In this document: in pieces, positions 31,626 to 45,884 of the stretch | How positions within the stretch are numbered: the stretch's first letter is position 1 | Layout of the letters: each line of letters begins with the position of its first letter | Assembly (NCBI RefSeq): GCF_009914755.1 | Contig: NC_060926.1 | Direction: 5' to 3' (one strand) | Source of the DNA: the human T2T-CHM13v2.0 reference genome, Homo sapiens | DNA length: 64,000 nt | Notes under the pieces: model-generated | Database searches by the model: none | Seen by the model: only the letters and a program-made list of their open reading frames with translations | Told to the model about the DNA's origin: nothing | Program-made: the position numbers and the translations under genes

Positions 31626-31690
31626 AATAGTTCTACCATAATAGAGTTCTACATAATAGACGGTTCTGCATAATAGCTCTACATAATAGA
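31626..31690. repeat. Short imperfect tandem repeat, ~4 copies of a 15-19 bp (ttctacataatag) unit
   Basis: aatagttctaccataatagagttctacataatagacggttctgcataatagctctacataataga. Confidence 0.85.
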
Positions 31691-32719
31691 AAGCCCAGAA
31701 ACACACCCAGACATATTGAGAGACTTAATAAGAGACAGAGGTGACAATGGGGAAAGAATGGCGTGCATCATAAATGCTGGTACATTTGGCTGTTCATGAG
31801 GAGGAAAAAATTAAATTTGATCCTCATCTTATACAAGACACAAAAATAAACTCTAAGTGTTTTAGTGACCTAAATGTGAATATGAAAATATCTCTGTAGC
31901 CTCTTTAAAATGACATAAAGGAAAAAGTAAATGTTTACATTAAAATTTACGACCTAGAAGACAAAAGACACCATAAGCAAGGTTAAAAGGCAAGACAAAG
32001 ACTCAAAGAAGATGTTTCCAACCCCATATGACTGGCAAAGGACTAGTGTCCAGAATACACCCAGTTTGTAATCTGCTATTCATAATATATTTACCTCATT
32101 GGATTGATACCCACCCATCTGTTCGCTTATTGGTCATATCCTCTCCTTCCCTCTTCCCAAATACAGGAGACTGTAAGCATCTCATAGCAAGAATTTAGCA
32201 CCATGCCTAGTGATTTGAGAAAAGAAAACGGGTGTACTCAGATATACATTATAGTTTCCTTCTTTTTGGTGAATTTTAAGGTCAGTTTAAAAACAGATGT
32301 TGAAAAAATATATATATATAAATAGATATCATTTATTGGCCATGAGTATATCTCACTGGCTGGTATATACTTTTTACTCCTTGTGTAAAGGAGTAAAAAG
32401 ATTGTAACATTTTAAATTCAATTACACAGTAATGAATAAATCCCCAGTTGGGAGGAGAGAGATGAAAAACATCCTAGGAAACTAGTGTATCTGTATTGGT
32501 TGAGATTTTTAAAAAGAGCAACAAGAAGGAAGGAGCTGATGATTAAAAAGCAATACGAAGTTACAAGCCTTTAGGTGTAATACCCGCTTACTCCTCAAAT
32601 AAGCAAAGACCCAAGAAATATATCCGTAATATCAGTAAAGGACTTCTAAAATTCTATTTTGGGAAAAAGAACAACAGCAAAAATGGGTAGACCTGCTGCT
32701 TTTAGAAAATGGTATCATA

Positions 32720-33033
<314 letters not shown>

Positions 33034-33450
33034 ATGGTATCATTAGCTGACAAAAGATATGATTTTTCCACTCCAGTTTTGTTTTCTTCCCCAGCAAGGA
33101 TCATGATCTTCATAACTATCAAGAGGAGAATAATATAAAGAGAAAGTGACAGTGAGACACATAAACAAATATGGTATACTTAGCAATCTTAAAACAAGTC
33201 AAGTCCAGATACGTATGTGTTAGGGTACTGAACAAATGTACGTATCTGACATTATAAGAACCACTATTGATCATCTTTTATATATTATAGAGAATAGAAG
33301 TGATCAGAAAACAGAATTAGGATTAAAGGACAGAAAAAAAGAGAGAAACATTTTACCTTCAGGTTTCTGGCAATGAAAAATGCCCAATAGGACAATAAGT
33401 TTCTTTAAAGAATACTTTTGTCTTTGCAAGAATTTGTGCAGTAGCTAGCT

Positions 33451-33665
33451 CAGGGTTTCTCAACCTTGGCATTTTAACATTTGGGGCTGGGTAATTCTTG
33501 TTATGGGGGAGATGTTGTGTGCATTAAGGATGTTTAGCAGCATTCCTGGCCTCTGCCCACGAGACGTCAGCAGTACCTCCTCTCTTAGTTGTGTCAGCGA
33601 AAATGTCTTCAGATATTGCCAGATGTCCCTTGTTTGGCAGAATCACCCCTAGTTGAGAACCTCTA
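33451..33665. mobile_element. MER20 (hAT-Charlie MITE), near full length
   Basis: cagggtttctcaaccttggc...tgtttagcagcattcctggcctc...gttgagaacc TIRs. Degenerate 8-bp TSD agctagct/ggctagat. Confidence 0.9.
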
Positions 33666-35301
33666 GGCTAGATAATCATCTTTTAGGTTTCCTATAGGAG
33701 GACTTCTTGGTAAAGCACTGGGAAGAAAATCCATTCCGGCAGACAAAGTGACAGCCAGCCTGAACTGTGTGTGTTTATTTTATACTTAGGAATGGGTTTG
33801 CCCTCTTCCGCTGGCCACAAGCCCCACATTTCCTTTTCTTCTACAACAAGCCTTTTAACCTGTGTTTGTGTCTAAGGACTAACAACTAATCTCCTCCCAC
33901 TCCCCACCTCTCTGAAAGTTAAGATTTCCAAGGAGCTGAGGAATGTAGCGATCCTTTTGGGAAGGCTATGTTGGAAGAAGTGGAACTTGACCTACTTGTT
34001 GAAAAACAAAGCATTTTAATAATTGGAGAGAAGAGGCAGGTCAAAATAAGACAGGTGTACACAGCACTAGTCAGGTTGCACACACAGATAGTCAAGGGGA
34101 GGAAAAAATGAACAAGGGTTAATTCAAGGGCAGAAATAGACCAGGTTTCCTATAACAGAAAGTACTTGTAGATTTATGCTATTTAGAATAATTCCTTCTA
34201 CTTCTAAAAAAGAGCCTATTACTACTTGTCAGGCATCTTTCCTCCATCCCTACCCATTTCATTTGTACATTATCTCACAATTCAAAGAATATATAAAGCT
34301 ATATGTTTGGAATGTATTTTTACCTGGCCTCATTGCCTCCTCTCCTGTTTTTTTACTTGCTGTTCCCTCTGCCTCAAGTTAACTCTGCCCTCCTCCTTGC
34401 CACCTTGCATTCTCATCCTTCAAGATGAATGCAAGCTGAGCTCACTCATGCTTCTTGGTCCCTGTCTTCATCCCTAGACTGAATGAGTTGCTCCCTCTGT
34501 GCTGCCGTAGATGTGTCCGTCTATGCAGACAAAGCACCTGTGCATTTTACTGTTGTGCGTTGGCTTCTGCCACTCAATAGGGAACGGAACTCCTAGAAGG
34601 ACAGGAATTTGCTCACCTTTGTAACCTCCAAACTTTATACAGTATCTTGAATGTACTGAGTTTTTAAGTAAATCTTTATAAAATTAACTTGGTTTATCTA
34701 AATTTATGTTCCTGGTCTTTCAAGTTTAAGAAGTATATCAGTTTTGGTATTTAAGAGTCTTTTTGACTTTTAAAACTATAAAGTTGGTATCTTTCTTTTT
34801 GAAGTGACTCAGAACTTCAAAAAGTTTTAACTTATTCCACAATGCCTTAGAGTTGTCATTTTAACATTTATATTATAATGAGCTTTTCCCCAAAATTGGT
34901 TTGTTTTCTGATCTAATGGGAGTGAGAAAATGACTGAAGTTAGAATTAAGAGTTGAGCTATTTGATGACAAGAGATTTAATCACTGTTCATAGCTCTTTG
35001 GATTCTTATAAAACTTTCGTAGGCTTTCTAGTTTATGTATAATATATTGAAATATATTTATGATATATAAGTATATATAATTTGTGTTTTACAAAGTATA
35101 TAAACATAAAATAGTATTAATATTATTGTTACTGTTATCTTCCGGAATAGTTTATTCATATGAAATTATTGAAGAAGAAATGTTTTAAGCTATACATTGT
35201 TTTCAAGAAAATCTCATTTCCAAGAATACTTCTTTTGTTACCAGATACTGTTAAGGCATGCCTGGCATGCCTATGACCTGGAACCCTAATCCTGGTCTAG
35301 A

Positions 35302-35611
35302 CTGATCTTCCAAACCAGTATTCACAGAAAATTGTTCTGAGAGATAGATATTAATGGTTAGATGTTAGAAAAAAAGGTTCATGATAAATAAATTGCATAG
35401 TATATCCCTTCTTGGCGATCCACAATGTGCTTTTGGCCAATTAAAGGCTTATAAAATTTCTGCAGTAAATAAATCTGTTTTACCTTGTGTAACCCATCAT
35501 TTCCAGTACTTAATACAGCACAGCATGCTGTTTTCCCAGCACATCTATTAATATCCTGCAGAACAATGTTCTTTAGCATTGTTCTTTAGCATACCAATTT
35601 GGGAAATGCTG
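35302..35611. mobile_element. hAT-Charlie MITE (Charlie4-like)
   Basis: Imperfect inverted ends (cttccaaac...tattaat / attaata...tttgggaaatgctg) flanked by gtctagac/gtctaaag. Confidence 0.55.
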
Positions 35612-35911
35612 GTCTAAAGTAATTACTTTTTCTAGTTAAATAAATAATCCATTTTTTCAGACCATTTGTTTCTTACATAATACTGTCTAGCTAATGAAAT
35701 CATACTGGATTTTCCCCAAATATGTATCCACCAGACATAGTACCTCCAAGTGAGAATACCATCCAGCTTGCTCAACTTTCCCTTCATCTTCCAGACCTTT
35801 GTAAAATGTGCCCTTACTGTATACCTGCTTTTACATTTATAATATTTTAAGACCTAGGGCTGGTACTTCTTCTTCCCCATTGCAGCACTTATCTAAAATA
35901 ACTATTAACAT

Positions 35912-35984
35912 GTTTTTTTGTTGTTTTGTTTGTTTGTTTGTTTTTGAGACAGTCTCGCTCTGTCACCCAGGCTGGAGTGCAGTG
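35912..35984 (-). mobile_element. Severely 5'-truncated Alu (3' ~40 nt plus tail)
   Basis: (TTTG)n followed by gagacagtctcgctctgtcacccaggctggagtgcagtg. Confidence 0.9.
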
Positions 35985-36211
35985 TGTTTGTATCCTACTT
36001 TTAAATACTTTGCCATAGTGTTTTGGAGGCAATAAGTGTTTTATAAATGTTGGGAACTACTAGCCTTTTGGAAAATAAACATAGGAAATAATCTAACCAA
36101 ACCTGCAACACTAAAACTTTTTAGTAATCAATAGAAAGTTTGTGTTACTTTATAAGGCCCGTGTTATGCTTGTGTGTAGAAATATATCTTATTGTTTCCA
36201 TTTTTCTCTAG

Positions 36212-36313
36212 TTGATACACCAAAATCGGCAAGCTATCTTAAACCAGTTTGCAGCAACTGCTCCTGTTGGCATCAATATGAGATCAGGCATGCAACAGCA
36301 AATTACACCTCAG
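36212..36313 (+). CDS. NCOA1: NCOA1 coding exon G (102 nt, ~aa 1068-1101)
   Basis: Acceptor tttttctctag|TTG and donor CAG|gtaatg. Translates LIHQNRQAILNQFAATAPVGINMRSGMQQQITPQ. Confidence 0.97.
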
Positions 36314-37035
36314 GTAATGTGAGAAAACCAGACGTCATTAGTACTTCTTTAACCCACATAGTGTTTCTTAAAGTGTTGACTTGAGTGTCTTTGAAATGGT
36401 CTGTGAGCTGATCTTTTAATGATGTTTGTAGTGTAGTTTTCTTTGAGAATGAATTAATAATCTACTTTTGATACCTCTTACTGATATTTGATCTAAAGCA
36501 AATGGTGCTTTGTTTTGTTTTATTGTTATTATTGTCATTGTTATTGGATACCAGATGACTAAGTAGAAAAAACTCTTATTTCTGTAGCGAATAGCACCAG
36601 TAACAGGAAGCCTCTGATACGAAACTGTGTGAACGGTACCCGAAACCTGATCAAAACCCAGTCACATTGCTAAGCTGTCTTAACTATCTTGTGTACTATG
36701 TTCAATTTGAACATCAGCATTTTCTAGCTTGTATTTATTTTTTAAATCCCTTTTTTTTTTTAATAAACCCAGAGCCATTAGAACTTTAAACATAAAAAGA
36801 ACTAGGTGGACTTCTAAATGTTACCTAGTACTCACTCTCTACTTTACCCCATACATACCTAAAAATTTTTTGTTTCAACTACTTACTTTTATTTCATAAC
36901 AAAGTTGATGTAAAAATCTTGGAGATAAGGAATTTTAGAGAGGATTTAAACAATACTCTTTTCCTCTCCACAATATGGAACTAGATGGATTAGGAGCAAA
37001 TAAAGCCAGCACCTGTATTATTAAAGAGATAAATA

Positions 37036-37405
37036 CAGCCATGCATGACTTAAAGACAGGGATATGTTCTGAAAAATGTGTTATTAGGCAACTTCATAAT
37101 TGTGCAAAGGTCATAGAGTGTATTTACACAAACCTACATGGTATAGCCTACTTAGCATCCTGGCTATGTGTATAGCCTATTGCTCCTAGGCTATAAACCT
37201 GTACTGCATGTTACTCTACTGAATACTGTAGACAATTGTTATGGTATTTGTATATCAAAACATACCTAAACGTGGAAGAGGTACAGTAAAATACTGTAGT
37301 ATTATAATCTTATGGGACCACCGAATTTGGTCCATTGTGTGCAACTGAAATGTCTTATTACTAAAATGTCTTATTGCTGAAATGTCTTTATGCATCACAT
37401 GACTG
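37036..37405. mobile_element. Tigger3a/MER7-type TcMar MITE
   Basis: TA|cagccatgcatgac...catcacatgactg|TA. Internal ataatcttatgggaccacc, with a 16-bp triplication near the right TIR. Confidence 0.9.
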
Positions 37406-38563
37406 TATTGACTGAAGTTGTTGGTAAGCAGCAGATATTGACATCTTCATGGATCCAGATTTCAGTTTCTCTGTCTTACAAATTATAAATCTTAGTGCTA
37501 GCTAATTCAGGAGTAATTAGGTTGTAAGGAAACAAGACCCCACTTTTGGATTCACATAAAGATAATTCCTATCAGAAAGTCTTATTTCATAGTTTCTTCT
37601 AGATTAGACTATATGTAGTTGGCAAGAGCTGTATGCTTTAACCAGATTCTCAATCTGAATTGACATTTTCTGAAGAAGGCTTTATTGATATGCCATGTTA
37701 CATTGAAAAAATGATTTTAAGCTAATTTGACCACTTCTTTCCTCATCCATAATATTATAACTGAAACCACTTACACTAATGCCTGGAATAATCTGAAACT
37801 CCAATAATAATACAAAATAGCTGTTTCCATTTATTTCTTTTTACTATTTTATTTCTACTTATTTTCTTTTTAAGTGATAATTTCTTAGGCATTGGATCCT
37901 AGATTTCAGAATCTTCCTTTTTTAATGGTATTTGTAGGTTTTTTCTAATTGTAAAGGTAGTACATGTTCATCGTAATAATTTGGTAAATATAGAAAAGTA
38001 TAATGAAAATTAAAATCACCTATAATCACATGTTATTCATTTAAATAAACTGGGATAATGTTCTCAGTGAGAAAAGTGGAAAAACTAAGTTTCTCTTTAC
38101 CAGAAACACAGTAAATTTTTTGGAATTGAAAAAGTCTTCTAATGATCTAATGAAGGATAGGACAGAAGTCATCAAGCACATTTTCTTTCACTTCCTTATG
38201 GTCTTCATGTTTCTCTTAACAATGTTCATGGCCAATATTATAATACTAATCAATACATACTTTCTTTGAATTTTTCAGTTCTGTGTGACTTTTCATTGAG
38301 AATTTGCGTTCTCATTTATAATGGTCAGATATTGTTTAGCATTTCTTGACTACTTTTAATCTGTAAAATATACTTAATTCATTTTTTCTCCTGTGATTGT
38401 TACTTAAGAGGTTTTTGTTCCTTTTCTGTTTTAGTTTCCCTTGTACAGTGATAATTGCTATGTACTTTATTGCCCCAAGCAAGTAGGCCTTAATCCAATG
38501 AACTTTCCAGGATAGATAGTGATTATAATAATTTTAGTAAGTGAGTTTTTTCCTGCTTTTCAG

Positions 38564-38966
38564 CCACCCCTGAATGCTCAAATGTTGGCACAACGTCAGC
38601 GGGAACTGTACAGTCAACAGCACCGACAGAGGCAGCTAATACAGCAGCAAAGAGCCATGCTTATGAGGCAGCAAAGCTTTGGGAACAACCTCCCTCCCTC
38701 ATCTGGACTACCAGTTCAAATGGGGAACCCCCGTCTTCCTCAGGGTGCTCCACAGCAATTCCCCTATCCACCAAACTATGGTACAAATCCAGGAACCCCA
38801 CCTGCTTCTACCAGCCCGTTTTCACAACTAGCAGCAAATCCTGAAGCATCCTTGGCCAACCGCAACAGCATGGTGAGCAGAGGCATGACAGGAAACATAG
38901 GAGGACAGTTTGGCACTGGAATCAATCCTCAGATGCAGCAGAATGTCTTCCAGTATCCAGGAGCAG
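38564..38966 (+). CDS. NCOA1: NCOA1 coding exon H (403 nt, ~aa 1102-1236; Q-rich region with ERK sites T1179/S1185)
   Basis: Acceptor ctgcttttcag|CCA and donor CAG|gtagga. Translates [14 protein letters not shown]...QNVFQYPGA(G). Confidence 0.98.
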
Positions 38967-39195
38967 GTAGGAAGGTCACAACTTTATGTTGTTCTAAGTA
39001 ATCCATACAGGCTTAGGTCTCTCTCCATCTTTATGTCTGTGCTTGGACATTAAAATAGTGTGTGGAAGAGGAAAGACACTGACGTGGGAGTCTGGAGACC
39101 CAGGATTCAGACTCAGCTTTTGACACTAAATGGTTGACTGGTTTGAGGCTTATCTCCCTTTTTTAGCTGAGATGATTGAATTAGAGGATCTGTAA

Positions 39196-39497
<302 letters not shown>

Positions 39498-40015
39498 CAT
39501 TCTCTTATTTTTTAATTTTTCTCATTGATCTCTATGAGAATTCAATGAAAGTCTTCCCCACACAATGGATTTTAGTACATTAATTCAAAATTCGCATGTA
39601 GTTTTTTCATTGTGTGGGAGATTTTGTTTTTGCCAGTTTGCATAAGAATAATTTATCTCCACAGAGTATCTCAGACTACTCATTGGTGTCATCACTCTCA
39701 GCTGCTGCTGTTGCAGCTTCCTCTCCAATGTCAGTCAACTTTCTGGCTTCCAAAAGCTTTTTTCTTTTTTAGTCTTTCTTTGGCACTGTCTTCCATTCTC
39801 TTTGTCCTGGGTGATAATATCTTTTCTTATTTCTTTTCTGTCACTTTCAGGTTCTGATAGGTAGTGGCAGTGATGAACATCTGATTAGTCTACTCTGTTT
39901 AATCAAACTTTTATGCAAAATTAATTGTCAATTCCTGAAAAATAATTGAAATAAATCCCTTGATTATATAAATGAAAGAAAAGAGGTAAATTTTAAGGCT
40001 GCTTAAAAATGAATT

Positions 40016-41780
40016 TCAATGAGAAAGCTGCTGTTTGACTTGAATAAAATGTCAAAGTTATACAGAGATTTTTGACATGGCAGTATGCTTATCAGTTTTG
40101 ACAGCCAAATCAATTTAGAGTTTCCATTCTGATGGTAGCAAATACTAAAATCCTTTGACTATCAAATTAAGTATCTAAAGACTTGTGCCAGAGAGCACCA
40201 GAACTCTAAAGAGATTTTAATCAAAATTATGCCACATCAGTTTCTTTGTCCTCAAGACAATGAAGTCATCTTTGGCTGGTTTATATCAGTGACACTATCT
40301 GTGTGGGCGAGAAAAGGATTATAAATCCATATTTTAATTATATGGTTGCCTGAACAAGAGTATGGCCTTCAAAAGAGTTTTATTTCCATGTGTCTTACAA
40401 TTTCTGTATGCAGAGAATTTGACAAAGCTTTTTCACTTTAGCCTGTGGAAGTACTTCCTCCAACATTAGAAGACTTGTGTAGTCATCTGCATCCCCATTC
40501 CTCCTCCAAAATGACAACCTGACTAAAACAGCAAATGGGTTTTTAGCAGCATTCATAATATTAATTGCAGAGCCCTAAATCAAAAGATTTATCTCATGCA
40601 TTAGGGGAAAAAGCTAACTAGAAGTAAGCCAAACATTAATAAATTCCTCATGAAATTATTCTAAGGATTTTTTCTATTAAAAAATAGAAATAGTATTTCT
40701 GTCCATTTTCAGGCATGTACTTTTAAGTTTCCTCTGGAAAGTCAAGAAAGGAGAACTTTATATTCTGCTTTCATTCCTTGACAAAGCCACCTGGAAAGGC
40801 GGTCCTTCAGTGCCCCGGTTCTCATGAAATTGACAAGTTTCTTTCACAGTTCTGGGTCTAGCCTTTTGATCTGAGTTGTGTCAGCATAGAACAAAGTGAG
40901 CTGAAATAATGGAGTGGGTGGAGCTTCCTCTTTCCCCGTACCATAATGGGAAAGATGTGTTGCCACCTATCATGAGTATCTGGTGCCTGGGTTTTTCTTC
41001 CAGACCAACTTCTGATTGACAAAAATATTTTCACAAAATAAGAATTTGCTTTTTATAAAGTCAGCATTCATACTACAAACAAAACCCAAATGCTGAGTGC
41101 ATTGAAGAGAACAGTGGTTTCATCCAGTTGCAAACTGAAATGAAATGGCAGGGCTGTCAGTTCTTCCATGGACTGCTTCAAAATAATACTGGAAAAATGT
41201 TTAACTTTTCTGGACAGAGTAAGAATGTTTAAAGATGCAATGTTTTTAATTTCTGTCACCACTCTTAATTATAAACTTGCTCCAAATTGATCAGCAGTCT
41301 GGTAGAGGACCAGGTTTTGTGTTGGCACAAAATGAAGTTCTGGAAAAGTTCCAGCCTTTTCAAAACAAAAACAGTTTATTGTGGCTTAAGGAAATCCAGA
41401 TAAAAAGGCTCTTTGGCCTTTGTTGGTTTTATGCTTCTATTCCTAAGAAATCGGCCATACAAAAGTACCAAAATATATGTGTTCCAACATGTTTCCAGGT
41501 TTGACAAATTAAGGTCCATAATCCAGCCCAGTTGTTTTGGTAAATAAAGTTTTAATGGAACACAGCCATACTTACTGCTTTATGTATTATCTATGGCTGG
41601 TTTCATATAGAAGAGTTGAGTAGTTAAAGAAACTTTATGGCCTACAAAACTGAAAACATGTATTATCTGGCCCTTTGCAGAAGAAGCTTGCTGATTTCTG
41701 TGTTAAGTGATGACAGTAAAACCAACGGATAACTGCATTAGCTTTGCTTTATATCCTTTGCCTTAGCCTCTTTCCACTTA
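40016..41780 (-). mobile_element. Fossil hAT-Charlie/Buster transposase coding region, fragmented
   Basis: Collinear minus-strand motifs: GFTVIT, SIKPTK, FEKAGTFPEL, ILKQSMEELTALPFHFSLQLDETT, KSKFLFCE, EINLLI*GSAINIMNAA, LMLEEVL, WIYNPF, KDDFIVLRTK, LEFWCSLAQ, VKQQLSH*. Confidence 0.85.
41496..41700. mobile_element. MER58A-like hAT MITE nested in the Charlie fossil
   Basis: gtaaataaagttttaatggaacacagccat...tatctggccctttgcagaagaagcttgctgatttctg. Confidence 0.88.
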
Positions 41781-41797
41781 ATGTAGGCCCAAAGTAA

Positions 41798-42241
<444 letters not shown>

Positions 42242-42259
42242 AGAAATTGTTTTCTATTA

Positions 42260-42950
42260 AGGCAGTATTCAAAGTAAATATGAGAAATTGGTTTCTTTAG
42301 TGTATCTGCCCACTTCATGGGTTCCTTCAAGCCCATTTAGAGACTTCTTTTCTGTGAACTACAATAAAATCCTCTTCCACCTATTCCTCCTCAGTGATCT
42401 CTTCTCCTTTTGGGGTTTCAGGGACCTTTACATGCTAGTGACTTTATTCTCTATCTCTAAACAGTATCTCTCAGCTCATATGTACAGCTGCCTACTGGAA
42501 ACATATACTTGCATTTTCCACCAACACCCCAAACTTAACTTGTACAAACCTAGACTCATCAACTCCATGTTCCCTTTTATAGTTCTGTGTTCCAGCTACA
42601 GTAAACTCTGAGTTCCGAGAAACAGCACAGACCTTGTTCTCTTTTACTTCCAGGGGCTTTGAACATTGTCTATACTCTATCTAAAGTATTCTTCCTTTAC
42701 TTCTCATTCCTATTCTTCCCTCCTCTCAGATATATCTCCTCTGCAGAGTCTTCCTGGACACTCCCAATCATAAAGTAGTCAACACCCTGTCTTAAAACCA
42801 CTTGTTAACCTAGCTGCCTTTCTTTTTAAATAGCAAGTTCCTTACGTGAGCAGAGTGTGACCTTTTTAACCATTGTTTCTCCAGTGCTTAGCACAGTGGT
42901 CTCACAGTGAATAGATGCTTAATGAATCTTTGAAGAAATAAATGAATGAA
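42260..42950 (+). mobile_element. L2 3' fragment
   Basis: Ends ccagtgcttagcacagtg...atagatgcttaatgaatctttg...aatgaatgaa. Confidence 0.7.
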
Positions 42951-43040
42951 AGTATGAATTCTAATTCTAGTTGCCACTGTCACATGTCTGCAATGCTAGT
43001 TATGGTTGGTCTAGCAGGGAAACTTAACATAGTCTAGCCC

Positions 43041-43338
43041 AGCTGGGCACGGTGGCTCACGCCTGTAATGCCAGCACTTTGGGAGGCCTAGGCAGGTGGA
43101 TTACCTGAGGTCAGGAGTTTGAGACCAGCCTGGCCGACATGGCGAAACTCCATCTCTACTAAAAATACAAAAATCAGCTGGGTGTGGTGGTGGGCGCCTG
43201 TAGTCCAGCTACTCGGGAGGCTGAGGCAGGAGAATTGCTTGAACCCAGGAGGCGGAGGTTGCAGCGAGCCAAGATCACGCTACTGCACTCTAGTCTGGGC
43301 AATAGAGCAAGCCTCTGTCTAAAAAAACAAAAACAAAC
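43041..43338 (+). mobile_element. Alu (AluSx-like)
   Basis: TSD aacatagtctag. Confidence 0.94.
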
Positions 43339-43509
43339 ATAGTCTAGGCAAAGATAGAACTGTAAAATTTTTCATCTAGAAGAACTAGATTATCTGATTG
43401 ATGCAAGTTATCCAAGGTCCAGTGTGTAGCAGAACTGGGACCAGAACTCTAAGTATTCCTCTAATTCATTACCCACAGGCTAGTTCTTTCTGCTAAAACT
43501 GGGTCATTT

Positions 43510-43860
43510 CACAGACGATTTTTAGAGAAATGAAACCACTCTCTATGATACTATAATGGTGGGTACATATCATTATACATTTGTCCAAATCCATAGATTG
43601 TACAATACCAAGAGTGAACCGTAATGTAACCTATAGACTCTGGGGTAGTTGATAATGAGGACAGTTATACATGTGAGTGAATGGAGGAGGGGTATGTAGC
43701 TTCATTTACATAATTTTACCAAAAATAAACCCTATCTAGTGAAAGAAAAAACTGTAAAGTCTAAAGTTAGGAAATCTCAGTACCATCCACTTAGTTTTGC
43801 TTTGAACCTAAAGCTTCTCTAAAAAATTGTCTTTTTTAAAATAATAAATTTAAAAGACCA
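43510..43860 (+). mobile_element. L1MC-like 3' end carrying a templated insertion
   Basis: cattatacatttgtccaaatccatag...ggaaatctcagtacc...gaacctaaagcttctctaaaaaa. Confidence 0.8.
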
Positions 43861-44089
43861 ACACTAAAAACAACAGCAACAACAACAACAACAACAAAAC
43901 AAACCACAAAAAAGTCATCTTCTAAGGGAAACTGTTCATTCCAATATGAACAGTTAGAATGTGAGATGAAGCCAGAAAGAAATATCAGAAAGCTTGCTCT
44001 TGTACTTGGAGTCTCTTATTTATTGTTTACTGTTGACCCCACAAAGTAATATCCAGAATATGATAAGCATCTTTTCCCGCTCACATATT

Positions 44090-44481
<392 letters not shown>

Positions 44482-44519
44482 TAAGGATCACAACCAAAAT
44501 AGTTTAAAATGGAGAGTTA

Positions 44520-44927
<408 letters not shown>

Positions 44928-45109
44928 CTAAATCAAAATTACTTACCTTACATATAGAGGAAGCGACAAGGAGAAAATATGTAGCTTCATTTATATAATC
45001 TTTACCAAAAATAAATAAACCCTATCTAGTGAAAGAAAAAACTGTGAAGTCTAAAGTTAGGTCAACTTCCACAGAAAATTTAAAACGGTTTTAAAATTCT
45101 AGCCTATAA

Positions 45110-45446
<337 letters not shown>

Positions 45447-45884
45447 CTACATCTCTGGCAAATATAATGATTTTCTCTTTTTATTTAACCAAATAAACCA
45501 AGTAAAAAGAGAAAAAAATCATTATATTAAAAATAACCAAAAAAATTACATTAATAGTGACAGAACACAGTAGATATTACACAGGCATATATGCATGTGT
45601 TCACAAAGTGACATCAAGGACATAGAAACATGTTTGTGATGTAATGTTGAGGGAAACAAGCAGGTCACAGAATGTTACAGGATTTTATAAAGATGTAAAG
45701 GAATTTTACTAAATTATGGGCAATCATACTATGGCATCCTTTTTTCTGCACCTTTATAACTTTCTCTGCCTTAAAAGTATTTAACTGTGAGATGTATTTT
45801 GTCAGGAAAAAAAGAAAGAAAGAACACAGTGCTAGCATTAAACATTAAACATTTTTTAAAAAACATTTTTACACTTTTAAATTC

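Noticed and set aside
31626-31690. Repeat-spacer-like array
   Set aside because: Not CRISPR: eukaryotic context, no unique spacers, simple slippage repeat within L1.
39600-39870. Coding-looking minus-strand stretch and a strong acceptor at 39850
   Set aside because: No recognisable protein, and stops occur in the frames examined. It may be the subterminal part of the adjacent Charlie element.
43930-43955. 10-bp inverted repeat aactgttcat/atgaacagtt
   Set aside because: Too short and AT-rich to exceed chance convincingly.
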